A stretch of 64,000 bases of DNA, taken from IMG/VR virus record IMGVR_UViG_3300028591_000074, positions 189,528-253,527 of that record. One strand, 5' to 3'. The notes under the pieces are model-generated. The model was given only the letters and a program-made list of their open reading frames with translations. It ran no database searches and was not told the DNA's origin. The position numbers and the translations under genes are program-made. The number at the start of each line of letters is the position of its first letter. Within the stretch, counting starts at the first letter, position 1. This DNA is from a virus. Its lineage: Duplodnaviria; Caudoviricetes. Shown piece by piece: positions 39,039-49,523 of this stretch.

Positions 39039-40868
39039 CTATAAATTTAATTCCCATTTAGTTACCCCAGAATCAAATACCTGTAAAAATCCGTGTTCAG
39101 TCATTATTTCTACTTCAGTTTTATGCTCGATATCTATTTCAGGATCATTGAATAATTTACGAAGTTTATTCTTTTGACAACTTACACGACTATAAACAGT
39201 TTTATCGTATTTATCAACCCACACATATCTAGGTTTTGTAGTATATTGACGAACAAATCCAAGATTCCCATACAATGTACCTCTAACATGGGCATCATCA
39301 GAAAATGATATAATCTTACTTGGATTATATTCATTTATAAAGTATTTCAATAATTTACTTGCACCACCTGGTATAGATGTATTTAGTTTAGTGCAAAATC
39401 TAGAAAGTTCCCAAATAGAATCATCCTTAGGCATTTTAGTTCTACCAATAGTATGTCGCAGATGATTGAATGTCATAATAGCTATAAGTTCACCATCCAC
39501 TGTGTATAGACCAATATATACCTTGGCTTTAATAGCCCCCTGTAAATGATTATTATTTAAAAATGCACATGCATCGGTATATGAAACATCCCTTATCTGC
39601 AACTTTCTAGCACCAATAGATAATTCATTCTTACCAAACAAATTTCGAATCATCGATTGTATAATAGCACGTTTGTTTCTCCATTCATACCCAAAAATAT
39701 GGAACAGAAATGCCCCTTCAGATTTAACTGCATCTGACTTATCTTTATGATACAACCTAGATTTTGGTTTGTTATCAAAACCACCAATAGTAGAATTATG
39801 TGTAAATGTTGGATTGTATTCTATACCAATTTTATATTCAGGCATCCATAAATCTATTTCCTTAGGTTTAATTACCTGTCTATTATTTGGATCAACAGTT
39901 ACACCAAGTGATTCAATGTATCTCTGTATTGTCAATTCAATATCACTTCGATTTGTATGTTCAATAAAATCACTTGCATTATGTTCTGCAAGAAATTCGT
40001 AAATAGGTGTATCTGTAACACCTAAAGATATACGCAATTCATCTATAGTTGGTTTATAACTAAAATTTGACTGTATATATGATATCGGATCTTTTCTAAA
40101 TTGCAAAAAATCATCAAGTCTAGATGAATCTGTCATATGGTGATTTATTATGTTCCTAGAAAATGATTCGTATGGGCCGTGTTCAGCTCTAGTTACAAGT
40201 CGTTTCTTATGAACATTTGGGTTGCTACCCGGTGAATCATACCCAGTCCGTTCTTTGTATGCATCATATCTATGTAGTCTGTATTCTGGATCATTCCATA
40301 AATTCTTATTATGCTCTATAATGTCCGGTACTTGCAATGCACTATCTATACCTTCACCATATGTTGCATTGAATGTTGCTTTTCGCTTTAATGCACCGCG
40401 ACCACCAGGACGATTTGCTTCACTGATCTTTCTACGAGACTCTGGAATATATGCTGCATTGGTATATCCAGTTCTATCTAAACAAGTCTGTTCCCGTAAC
40501 TTATTGCCACACTCAACACTACAAGTATTAGGTTTATCAGATGGATGACAAGTATAAACTATAGTCTTTCCGCAGATAACACACGTTGTTTTATGTGGTC
40601 CAGGACAATACTTTTGAAACTTATCATTCGGCTGATACATCTTCCCGCATATTTCACATTTCCTAATCTCAAGGTTATTTCGTTTCGTATTAGCAACTTT
40701 CTTATTGGAACACTCTTTTGAACAACATTTCACTGGCTCTTTAGGTCTATGATATTCAACAGGTTTACCACAAATTGGACATGGACGATAATGAGGTCCA
40801 GGACAATAGACACCGTTACCTACACGATCAAACAATTTACCACAAACTTTACATACATACTTAGACAT
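39039..40868 (-). CDS. Hef-like endonuclease: Zn-fingers + PD-(D/E)xK-like + Mom-like GNAT domain
   Basis: EIDLW..IGIEYNPTFTH; FLNNNHLQG..ELSRFC..GGASKLLKYF..DSG. Confidence 0.7.
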   Translation of the reverse strand: MSKYVCKVCGKLFDRVGNGVYCPGPHYRPCPICGKPVEYHRPKEPVKCCSKECSNKKVANTKRNNLEIRKCEICGKMYQPNDKFQKYCPGPHKTTCVICGKTIVYTCHPSDKPNTCSVECGNKLREQTCLDRTGYTNAAYIPESRRKISEANRPGGRGALKRKATFNATYGEGIDSALQVPDIIEHNKNLWNDPEYRLHRYDAYKERTGYDSPGSNPNVHKKRLVTRAEHGPYESFSRNIINHHMTDSSRLDDFLQFRKDPISYIQSNFSYKPTIDELRISLGVTDTPIYEFLAEHNASDFIEHTNRSDIELTIQRYIESLGVTVDPNNRQVIKPKEIDLWMPEYKIGIEYNPTFTHNSTIGGFDNKPKSRLYHKDKSDAVKSEGAFLFHIFGYEWRNKRAIIQSMIRNLFGKNELSIGARKLQIRDVSYTDACAFLNNNHLQGAIKAKVYIGLYTVDGELIAIMTFNHLRHTIGRTKMPKDDSIWELSRFCTKLNTSIPGGASKLLKYFINEYNPSKIISFSDDAHVRGTLYGNLGFVRQYTTKPRYVWVDKYDKTVYSRVSCQKNKLRKLFNDPEIDIEHKTEVEIMTEHGFLQVFDSGVTKWELNL

Positions 40869-40940
40869 AAGAACACCTCACAGTATCGACATGTATATTA
40901 CTAAAAATATTATAATATACTTGTCATGGAATTTCAAGCA

Positions 40941-40977
40941 TAAAAATAACGGATGTATGAATCTACATACATCCGTT
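40941..40977 (-). terminator. Rho-independent terminator after tail tube gene
   Basis: AACGGATGTA..TACATCCGTT plus T-run. Confidence 0.65.
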
Positions 40978-40992
40978 AAAATCCATCAAAAC

Positions 40993-41907
40993 TTACTGAA
41001 GATCTTCCTTCTTAAGATAGATTGCCTTGGAAATTACAAACGGAACTGTAATTTGCACAAGACCGCCTTCTTGATTGTACGAACCGTTATTTAGTGAAGA
41101 AATCCACGTTCCCGGGCATTTGATACAGTCACGAACACCACCCTGACCATCATAGCGAATAAAGTAAACAACCCTCATATATTCGCTCGGAAGTCCCATC
41201 CGTTCTGTTGCAGGATCATACACCTGACGTCTCCACTCTCTAAGTGCTTCCAAAGTATTTGGTTCGCAGTAGCAGTTAAGATTCCAGTTTACATTGTTGA
41301 ATTGTACCTTGTTCGGGAACTTAATAATACCATTTCCATAATGTACTGTGATTTCTTCTTGATTTTCTTCAATTGCATCTACAGAGTTCGTAGATAATGT
41401 TAACAGGTCACTAAATTCAGTTGGGGAACTCCCATCCATGTTATAAATGCGAATTTCGAAATTTTGCTGCATCAGAGGCACGTAGTTATCGATGCCCAAC
41501 ATATGATTTGTACAAATATCTTCATCCTAGTTCGCAACACTAGAACCGCTACTTAGCTGCTCTATCTTAGTTCGATAGAAGTTGAGATCATTTCTTCATC
41601 GGCAAATTGTCGAGTTGGATTTTTCTTCCCGCATTAGCTTCGGGGTCTACTCTCCCTCAAGGAGATGATCGTTGAACCTTATCCATTTTACAGGATATTG
41701 GCTGCTAAACATCCGTTGTTAATAACCTTTTAGGATTGAACCATGAGATTATCTCTTGACTTTTTTCTGCTTTCGCTCCATCACGCTTACCTTTTCAAGT
41801 TACGTTGTGGCACAAGAGCTTTCAGGACTTCAAAGCAATTAACCCAATAGCAGATGCAAATTACTCTACATCTGGGGCACATTACCCATGTATAAGGGAC
41901 TAAACAT
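40993..41907 (-). CDS. Tail tube protein (T4 gp19-like), two exons: 41907-41884 and 41511-40993
   Basis: AAGGAG RBS + MFSPLYMG exon 1; exon 2 TNHMLGIDNY..LREWRRQVYDP..G.PSEY..GTWIS. Confidence 0.8.
41512..41883 (-). ncRNA. ORF-less group I intron
   Basis: P1 GGGU/GCCC with U.G; P3 UUGGGUU/AAUCCAA; P AAUUGCUUUGAA; Q UUUAGCAGCC; R UUCAACGAUCA and S AAGAAAUGAUCU (P7); P9 hairpins. Confidence 0.88.
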
Positions 41908-42031
41908 ATAATATCTCCTTTCTATTAAAGTTATTTATATGGATATATAAGATTTTATTGTTGTGAACCCATAATTTTTGTGATATATTAAGTTATGGAA
42001 CAAATCACATATAAGATATATAGGAGGGCAT

Positions 42032-43405
42032 ATGGAACAGAAAATATTTAAATATAATAAAAAATTATGTGAATATTGCAAAAAACCATTCAATCCTAAA
42101 AGTGGTCATTCAAAATTCTGCGATAGACAACATTATGTAACTTGTCCAGAATGCGGCAAAACACGAAAACTACCAAAGGATAAAATATGGTATGTTATAA
42201 AAAATGGGCCATCTGCATGTTCATATGAATGTCGGGCAAAAAGAACAGCACAGACAAGTATGGAAAAATATGGATGTAAAGCTCCTGGAAATAATCCGGA
42301 AGCAAGAAAAAAGGCATCTGAAACAATGATGATGAATTTAGGTGTCCCATATGCAATGATGAGCAAAGAAGTACAGGAAAAATCAAAAGAAACATTGATG
42401 AAAATATATGGTGTTGATAATGTAGGAAAGGCTGAAGTAGTTATAAAGAAAAGACAACAAACAAATAGGGAGAAATATGGAGATGTTATGCCATTCAATC
42501 GTCCGGAATGCTATGAAAAACAACACAAAACAATAGAAGAACGATATGGTGTAAAATATGCATCTCTTATACCTTATGTTGCCGCTACAAATAATCATGT
42601 ATCCAAAATAAATTTAAAATTCAAAGATAAATTAGAAAAATATGGTTGTATTACTTCAACAGAATATACAGTACAGACTTTAATTTATGATCTACACGTA
42701 GAAAATAGTAATACACTAATTGAAATAAATCCAACATATACACATAATGCAATAGGAAATCATTGGAATCCAAATGGTCTGAATAAATATTATCATAGAG
42801 ATAAGACACAACTTGCTATTGACAATGGGTACAAATGTGTACATGTGTGGGATTGGGATAATAAGGATATTATTGCTAGGATGCTTGCACCAAAGATACA
42901 TATATCATGCAATGAATTGAGATTGTATAAACTTAACTTGGATGTAACCAATGAGTTTCTGGATAAGAATCACTATATAGGCAGATGCCGTGGTCAATTA
43001 CTGTGCCTTGGACTTGTAAATGGTGGTGAGATATATCAAGTAATGACATTCGGTAAACCTAAATTCGATAAATCACATATGGTACAACTGTACAGGATGT
43101 GTACGAAACTTGGTTATGAAGTAGATGGTGGATATGACATGCTGTCAAAGTTTGCTTCTGAATTTGGTTTATATGATATAGTTGCATATGCAGATTTCTC
43201 TAAAACAGATGGTTCTGAATTAGAATCAATTGGAATGAAGTTAGACCACATCACACCGCCAAGGCTTATATGGTCAAAAGGAAAACAATACATAAATTCT
43301 TCATTGATAGTTTCCGGTAGATCAAAATACCATTCAGATGAAGATCTTCTAAATGATGGATGGTTGCCGATTTATGATTGCGGTCAACGTGTATATGTTT
43401 GCTAA
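42032..43405 (+). CDS. Hef-like endonuclease paralog (Zn-finger, KYGV repeats, nuclease, GNAT-like)
   Basis: YDL..LIEINPTYTHN; FLDKNHY..LYRMC..YDCG; the only clear plus-strand gene. Confidence 0.7.
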   Translation: MEQKIFKYNKKLCEYCKKPFNPKSGHSKFCDRQHYVTCPECGKTRKLPKDKIWYVIKNGPSACSYECRAKRTAQTSMEKYGCKAPGNNPEARKKASETMMMNLGVPYAMMSKEVQEKSKETLMKIYGVDNVGKAEVVIKKRQQTNREKYGDVMPFNRPECYEKQHKTIEERYGVKYASLIPYVAATNNHVSKINLKFKDKLEKYGCITSTEYTVQTLIYDLHVENSNTLIEINPTYTHNAIGNHWNPNGLNKYYHRDKTQLAIDNGYKCVHVWDWDNKDIIARMLAPKIHISCNELRLYKLNLDVTNEFLDKNHYIGRCRGQLLCLGLVNGGEIYQVMTFGKPKFDKSHMVQLYRMCTKLGYEVDGGYDMLSKFASEFGLYDIVAYADFSKTDGSELESIGMKLDHITPPRLIWSKGKQYINSSLIVSGRSKYHSDEDLLNDGWLPIYDCGQRVYVC

Positions 43406-43409
43406 AATT

Positions 43410-43597
43410 GATTGATGCCATGTCCCAGTGAGAGGAAAAAACTGAGGCATGGCATCTTGTACCACCAGTAACACGCCTTCTGGTGGATCTGTCCTGTGAC
43501 TATATAGCCATTCATAGTCACAAGGCAGACGTTTTGAAAGGAGGTTCCACCATGGATGAGTGGAAAAGTATGAAAACAATACAGTAGTACCCTGTAA
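43410..43597 (-). ncRNA. Candidate structured small RNA
   Basis: TTGACA-17-TACTAT promoter (43602-43630) followed by four consecutive hairpins and no credible ORF. Confidence 0.55.
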
Positions 43598-43668
43598 GTG
43601 TATAGTATCACAACTAAGATTAGTTGTCAATAGTTACTTTGTAAATTTATTAAAAAATTTATCAAATT

Positions 43669-44898
43669 CTACCCGAAGTAATCGGATTCGGCTTCCCAAA
43701 TGTTATGACAAAACTCTACTTCAGATCTAAGTTCTCTTGCATATTTATCTAATATTCGTTCTACAGTTGCTTTTGACATCTCCATTTCTGAATCTGAATA
43801 GTTCCAAGGGTGTTTTGCTGTAAAAATAACTGCAAGTCTATTTGATTCAAACTTAAAATCACAATTGGATTCTGTATGAAGTCCTGTTTCGTTCTGAATA
43901 ATAGAACTAATCAGATAGGATGGGTAGGATTCGTTCTCCTCCAAGTCTTTAATAGTATCCTCTGTAAGTTTATCCTTTAAACGATTGTGTCTTTCAATCA
44001 GGTCTTCAGATAATGAATCCTTGTGACTTTCAATAAACTGTATAAAGACATATGGTGGAGTTTCATCAATATAAAATCCAGGTCCTGCATCTACAATCGG
44101 ATAAGATTTTTCGGTGCTATCACCAAAGATGGCCTTAAGCAATCTTTCTTCTGCTGTATCATTTGGATCAAAATCTGCACGTCTATGCTTTGCCTTATAC
44201 CTTATGATGCAAGCCTTACCATCATCTCTGTATTCATCCATAGATTCCAACTGAAATACAATATCAGATTGATACTTCATCAATGTCTTCTGATCTTCTT
44301 TTACATCAAAGATAATTACTGATCCACCAGTTGTTTCTGAATAACACACTAAGATGTCAAGTTCTGCTGCAAATCCATCCCAAACATTATGCCTTGTATG
44401 TATTTCAAAATCATCATCCCAGGAAAGTGTTACTATAGCAGCTTTTTCAGCCTGACCAAGTTCACCTTTCTGCACAATCCTCGGTTCACTGATGGATGTG
44501 CTGATATCCTCTTCATCATATAGCATCAGTACTGTATCTGTAAAATCGTATAGGCTATTATAAATTGGATGGTTTTCTGAAAGTTTATGAAATCCATCTA
44601 TCATCGCATCTACACATCGTTGAATCCGATCCTTGATAGGAAGTTTACGGAGTTCATCTTTTAAAGCATCTTCTGTATTTTCGTATCCACAGGCTTTCAT
44701 AAATGTAGCAAGCGGTATACCGGAAAATGAATGTCCTGCAATCTTTGTAAGTGTTGTCTTTGTCGGCTTACCGACTGTATCTGAATTCAGAAGTCTATTC
44801 AGATACTGTGGGGTAAGTCCAGCTTCTTTTGCAAATTCACTTTGTGTACGATTTGGGCCTATTGCCTTTCTTATCAGTTCCTGAAATTCTGTAGCCAT
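43669..44898 (-). CDS. XRE-type HTH protein
   Basis: TQSEFAKEAGLTPQYLNRLLN. Confidence 0.7.
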   Translation of the reverse strand: MATEFQELIRKAIGPNRTQSEFAKEAGLTPQYLNRLLNSDTVGKPTKTTLTKIAGHSFSGIPLATFMKACGYENTEDALKDELRKLPIKDRIQRCVDAMIDGFHKLSENHPIYNSLYDFTDTVLMLYDEEDISTSISEPRIVQKGELGQAEKAAIVTLSWDDDFEIHTRHNVWDGFAAELDILVCYSETTGGSVIIFDVKEDQKTLMKYQSDIVFQLESMDEYRDDGKACIIRYKAKHRRADFDPNDTAEERLLKAIFGDSTEKSYPIVDAGPGFYIDETPPYVFIQFIESHKDSLSEDLIERHNRLKDKLTEDTIKDLEENESYPSYLISSIIQNETGLHTESNCDFKFESNRLAVIFTAKHPWNYSDSEMEMSKATVERILDKYARELRSEVEFCHNIWEAESDYFG

Positions 44899-44901
44899 AT
44901 A

Positions 44902-45330
44902 TTATTCTCCTTCTGTATATTTTTCAAATGGTTTCCATGCTAAGTATGTTTCAGCATAGCCCTTCTTAAGTTTCTGATTTCCCCATATAAGTTTTGCAGC
45001 CCTATGATAACGATCAATCATAAGAGTGTCTATCCTATACTGAATCTCATCTGTATCAACTTCAGATTTCTTAAATGCAACTAACACATTATCAGAAAAC
45101 CAATCCGCATTGGTAAGTTCGGGCAATCTATCACTGCACTTAATCCAATCGGAATCCACCTGATTCCGGTTGAAGTAGTCACGAACATACGCAATACATT
45201 CATCTAACATGTCATTTGCACGTCGATTTGCTAATCGTTCAGATTCAACTTCTTCTGGTGTTGGATCAACATAACCAACATTATATTCATCCAATCTAAG
45301 CATTTCCAACATACGAATTAATTCTTCCAT
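44902..45330 (-). CDS. DUF551-like protein
   Basis: WIKCSDRLPE..AWKP. Confidence 0.55.
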   Translation of the reverse strand: MEELIRMLEMLRLDEYNVGYVDPTPEEVESERLANRRANDMLDECIAYVRDYFNRNQVDSDWIKCSDRLPELTNADWFSDNVLVAFKKSEVDTDEIQYRIDTLMIDRYHRAAKLIWGNQKLKKGYAETYLAWKPFEKYTEGE

Positions 45331-45334
45331 ACAT

Positions 45335-45994
45335 TTAATCCTCACCGTCTTCAGAATCTTCTTCAACAATTTCCATATTATCGACAAACTTCTGATATTC
45401 ACGTTCAAACTTATCAAGCATCTCCTGATCCCAACCATGGACCATTGAATATCCACCATCTTTAAGTGATCTGAATATTCGTCCAGATTTATCTTCAAGA
45501 TGTTTCACATCATCAGGATACTCCAAGGCATACAGATTATTATGTTCCAAGGTTTCAAGATATTCAATAAGCATCCGAGTTTCGTTCATCAGAATAATAT
45601 TCGGAGCACCCAATTCCATAAGCCGCTTTAAACGGTTTGAACGATTTTCTGCTCTGGCAACTAAGTAGCATACATCATCCCAAATCTTCGGACAAGATTC
45701 GAAATAAAATTCTGCGGGGATATCTACTTCTGTAATTGGCGCAATCTTTACATCATATTTCTTACAAAGTTCTATAATTGCTTCTGGACCGCAATAGTAA
45801 GTTACATCATCAGTTTTATCACTAATAGGCTGATTTATAGGAATGATTTCAAATTCTCCAGATGGAGATTTAGTAAGAAATTTAAGACATCTATTTACAT
45901 CCATCAAGTCTTTAAAGGAATAAGGGAGTTTACCCTCAATTTCCTTTATCTGTGTGTCAATCAACATTGGCTTACAAAGTGTAAATTTTAACAT
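45335..45994 (-). CDS. Hypothetical protein
   Basis: AAAGGAG RBS, then MLKF; TTGACA promoter upstream. Confidence 0.6.
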   Translation of the reverse strand: MLKFTLCKPMLIDTQIKEIEGKLPYSFKDLMDVNRCLKFLTKSPSGEFEIIPINQPISDKTDDVTYYCGPEAIIELCKKYDVKIAPITEVDIPAEFYFESCPKIWDDVCYLVARAENRSNRLKRLMELGAPNIILMNETRMLIEYLETLEHNNLYALEYPDDVKHLEDKSGRIFRSLKDGGYSMVHGWDQEMLDKFEREYQKFVDNMEIVEEDSEDGED

Positions 45995-46125
45995 AGCAAC
46001 TTCTCCTTTTGATAATATATTTACCAAAATTATCTTTGGTAAGAATAATATATCACCTAGGCTGAGCCATGTCAATACATAAATTGTAAATTTATTAAAA
46101 AATTTATCTTAAACGAAAATTAGCA

Positions 46126-46156
46126 TAAAAATAGTGCCGAGAATATTCCCGGCACT
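46126..46156 (-). terminator. Rho-independent terminator
   Basis: AGTGCCG..CGGCACT plus T-run. Confidence 0.6.
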
Positions 46157-46167
46157 GAATGGAATTA

Positions 46168-46872
46168 TTATACTGTAATAGGTTCAAGATACTTCGTATA
46201 ATCCCCAGTAATGAGATTGAACCAATCTACATCATAAGAATCTTGGCAAATATCATCATATAACATTTCCAGAAGGATTTCGTCATCTGTCATACCATCT
46301 GCGTACTCATCTCTGTAATCTTCAAGATCATCTGGATAGATGGTGCAGTTCTTAATGAACTCAAGAAGTTTGAATTCATCAGATGGAAATGTATAAAGAG
46401 TGCCACCAGTTGTACCATCATGATCTGCGGAAGATAAGTACATAACACCATTATCATTATAAATGGTAGTTGCGTTGTCGTAATCTCTGTATATAAGCCA
46501 ATCTCTGAACTTATCTGAATTACTCCAAGATATTCCACCAGATCCGGATCTCCAACCAGAACGACTTCCGATTAAAAATAACGGTGCAGAATACCCATTC
46601 GATTTCTTTGTTGGAAAATCGTCTAATTGGCTATCAATAATAGGCATGATATCTTGATCAAAGTTCTCAATCATAAATTCAGCTTCTGTATTCATTAAAT
46701 CATAATCTGTCCACCAATACTCATTAAGCCAATCATCAAAAGACAATGGATCATCCCCATAGAATCCGCTATCAGGGTCTTGAATATCTTCTAAATATCT
46801 ATCATAAGATTCTCTTTGCCAATATTCATCTGACATAACTTCATTCACATCATTTGTCCATATAGCATCCAT
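46168..46872 (-). CDS. Highly acidic protein
   Basis: D/E/W/Y-rich; HDGT motif. Confidence 0.7.
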   Translation of the reverse strand: MDAIWTNDVNEVMSDEYWQRESYDRYLEDIQDPDSGFYGDDPLSFDDWLNEYWWTDYDLMNTEAEFMIENFDQDIMPIIDSQLDDFPTKKSNGYSAPLFLIGSRSGWRSGSGGISWSNSDKFRDWLIYRDYDNATTIYNDNGVMYLSSADHDGTTGGTLYTFPSDEFKLLEFIKNCTIYPDDLEDYRDEYADGMTDDEILLEMLYDDICQDSYDVDWFNLITGDYTKYLEPITV

Positions 46873-46895
46873 AGTTTATTCACCTCACATAATTA

Positions 46896-47729
46896 TTATA
46901 CAAAGTCAGACTCATCAGCAGTCCAAACTACTTCTCCCCAATCAGAATCCCCATAATTCTCTGCATCAGTCATATAATAAAATTCTTCTTGAACAGTATA
47001 TGCAGAAAAGTCAACTTCATCAATAGGATACTTGGTGAGAACTTCATCACGAATATACTCTTTCAATGCATCAATAGCTTCTTCTTCTGTATTAAATGCA
47101 TCAATTACATCATAATTCTCAAATGTAACATATTGAACATTATCACCACGAACGGCTAAATCTATAAATTCAACAACATTTGCATTATTAATCTGAACCA
47201 TTAAATTATAAGTGTCATTATATCCAGATCTATCGTCAATGTCATCAAGTTCAAATTCTCCATCAAATGTTGAATGTGTCCACCCACCACCATATGAACC
47301 TTTACCAGTAAGATTTGAAATATCATGCTTTAAGACATCAACAATATAAGACATATCAATGTCATCTACAGTTACATTGTCGATTAGTTCTTCATACAAC
47401 GCTTCAATATCATCTACGCCAAACTGTGATGTGTACTTTGATACTGCTTCCTGTGTAAGGATTTCTTTATTAAAATTCTCCCCAAACCCAAGATTAACTT
47501 CCGCCGAAAGTATGGTCATATTGACACCATCAATATAATCACAACCATAATAGTAGGAATTGGCAGCAACGCTACCATTGATTTTAATGTTACATTCAAC
47601 TGTGGCAGATCCACCACGAACTAATCCGTTGTCCCAGTCGAAAAGTTTGACAATTCTGATACTAGATTCGTTGAGATCTACTACATCACAATCTTTTACG
47701 CTAAGTGTATATCCGGCACCTGCACCCAT
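46896..47729 (-). CDS. Highly acidic protein
   Basis: D/E-rich; GAGGTG RBS. Confidence 0.7.
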   Translation of the reverse strand: MGAGAGYTLSVKDCDVVDLNESSIRIVKLFDWDNGLVRGGSATVECNIKINGSVAANSYYYGCDYIDGVNMTILSAEVNLGFGENFNKEILTQEAVSKYTSQFGVDDIEALYEELIDNVTVDDIDMSYIVDVLKHDISNLTGKGSYGGGWTHSTFDGEFELDDIDDRSGYNDTYNLMVQINNANVVEFIDLAVRGDNVQYVTFENYDVIDAFNTEEEAIDALKEYIRDEVLTKYPIDEVDFSAYTVQEEFYYMTDAENYGDSDWGEVVWTADESDFV

Positions 47730-47746
47730 AATATCACCTCACTAAT

Positions 47747-47950
47747 TTAATCATTATAAAATGCTTTTCTTGCTTCAATTCTAAGACCAGTGTCCATTTC
47801 CTTTATAATACTGTAATCTTGAAGATTGTTTACATATTGTGTAGCCTCTCGAACAGTCATACCATAATAATCTCTGACTATTCGAATTGCCTGCTGTTTT
47901 GTATAAGAACCACTACCATTCGTAAACGAAGATTTTATATATCTCTTCAT
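47747..47950 (-). CDS. MKRYIKS-leader protein
   Basis: Leader. Confidence 0.65.
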   Translation of the reverse strand: MKRYIKSSFTNGSGSYTKQQAIRIVRDYYGMTVREATQYVNNLQDYSIIKEMDTGLRIEARKAFYND

Positions 47951-47971
47951 AATAACATTCACCTCACTAAA

Positions 47972-48301
47972 CTATCTTGTACTTATAATATACAAATCAC
48001 CATTTGAAATGAAGACTCTACCATCTTCATCTTCTTCAGGATCAAATCCATATTCATCAATGCAATCTTCACGAGTAAGGCATCTAAATTCGCTGACATA
48101 AGAATTATCAACAATTTCTGCTACATCAAAATCATTTGCATCGAACATTTCATTGTCAATGATTTCCTCAAACAGAGCATGCCAAAGCTCTTCTTCAGCG
48201 GATGATAGTCTATCCTGATCAGACCACATATTATCAAATCTCTCACAAAGCATCTCTGTTAAAATATCAGAATCAATCTTTACAGTAATCATTCTACTCA
48301 T
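47972..48301 (-). CDS. Small acidic protein
   Basis: D/E-rich, with RBS. Confidence 0.7.
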   Translation of the reverse strand: MSRMITVKIDSDILTEMLCERFDNMWSDQDRLSSAEEELWHALFEEIIDNEMFDANDFDVAEIVDNSYVSEFRCLTREDCIDEYGFDPEEDEDGRVFISNGDLYIISTR

Positions 48302-48316
48302 AATTCATTTACCTCA

Positions 48317-48850
48317 CTATTTCTCAAACTTAAACCCGGAAATAGAATACTCACCGGTTTTATAATGTTTTACAATACATCCCTTTGCTTTCAGATCCTT
48401 CCAAGAAATATAAGCATATGTTTTGTATCCAGATTTAACTCCATAATTCTTATAGGATTGTCCTAAGAGATACCAAGAACAACTTGCTACATCAGAACCC
48501 CAATGGTCACTACCACGTATAACACCATCAGATGAATACCAATATTCACTGGATTTCTTAACTTTTCCACCATGACGGAAATCGTGGTAATTCATGCTTA
48601 CATAGTCTGGCTCTCGTCTTGGTCTTGATTTCCTTACTTCCCAAAATCCTATAGAATTTAAGAAGTAATTATCCTTTGTAGCAACATCTTCTGTAAATAT
48701 GGATGCAAGTTCGTACATATCTTCCGGGGAGGAATCTAATCCTGTTCCTGTACCATATGTATCTCTTAGATATGCCAAATACTCCTGCGAGTATTCACCA
48801 GTCTCGTCATACATATTTGGATCTAAGTTAGATCGTATATACAATTTCAT
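48317..48850 (-). CDS. MKLYIRS-leader protein with RxSDHWG..VASCxW domain
   Basis: Leader and motif. Confidence 0.65.
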   Translation of the reverse strand: MKLYIRSNLDPNMYDETGEYSQEYLAYLRDTYGTGTGLDSSPEDMYELASIFTEDVATKDNYFLNSIGFWEVRKSRPRREPDYVSMNYHDFRHGGKVKKSSEYWYSSDGVIRGSDHWGSDVASCSWYLLGQSYKNYGVKSGYKTYAYISWKDLKAKGCIVKHYKTGEYSISGFKFEK

Positions 48851-48861
48851 AGAAATATTCC

Positions 48862-49239
48862 TTACTCAATTCCACGCTCTTCAAGAACTTCATCAATAGC
48901 CTGTGCCAAAATATAACAACGAATTGTTACATCGAAATATTCCCAATCCTCAGACATAAAATGATTTACTACATCTTCGGCTTCTGTGCCAAATTCACTA
49001 ACGGCTTCTTTGAGAATATCCATACCATCATCACTATCAAACAAATACTTCTTTGCTTCTTCACGATTAAATGTATAAGAACCGGAACCGTTACCTGTCA
49101 CACTATCGTCAGTCCACAGATCATCATTGAGTCTCTGACGAATTTCATCAGCATCAACATCATCGCCATACGCGCTGATATAATCATCAAGTACATCCTC
49201 AATATCGCTCTTTACCGCTTCAAGATAGTTGTAACTCAT
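48862..49239 (-). CDS. Acidic phage protein
   Basis: DDSVTGNGSGSY..DVTIRCY. Confidence 0.7.
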   Translation of the reverse strand: MSYNYLEAVKSDIEDVLDDYISAYGDDVDADEIRQRLNDDLWTDDSVTGNGSGSYTFNREEAKKYLFDSDDGMDILKEAVSEFGTEAEDVVNHFMSEDWEYFDVTIRCYILAQAIDEVLEERGIE

Positions 49240-49523
49240 TATTCATAATCCTCACTTTCATCATATTCATCTTCGTAATCCTCGTCATCTTCTTCATTAC
49301 GTTCATCCCACTCACGGAAATCATTCATACGGAAAAGAAATGCAAGACATGCTGCAAGTTCTTCACTTGACATACAACCAACAATCTGGCTATTCAACTC
49401 TTCTTCACCAAAATATTCACATGCAAAGTCATATGCTTCATGTGCTTCCCAATCATTTACTACCCAACCATAAGATTCTGCTGCCTTAATCGGTCTACGA
49501 TTTATACTATTTCTATTAACCAT
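49239..49523 (-). CDS. Acidic protein (leader-like RRPIKAA)
   Basis: Acidic tail shared with the neighbouring gene. Confidence 0.65.
   Translation of the reverse strand: MVNRNSINRRPIKAAESYGWVVNDWEAHEAYDFACEYFGEEELNSQIVGCMSSEELAACLAFLFRMNDFREWDERNEEDDEDYEDEYDESEDYE

Noticed and set aside
42032-43405. Endonuclease as an intron-encoded ORF
   Set aside because: It lies outside the intron, upstream of exon 1 and on the opposite strand.
43349-43630. 93-aa and 69-aa minus-strand ORFs
   Set aside because: Their starts fall within the promoter itself and lack an RBS; the hairpin series fits an RNA better.
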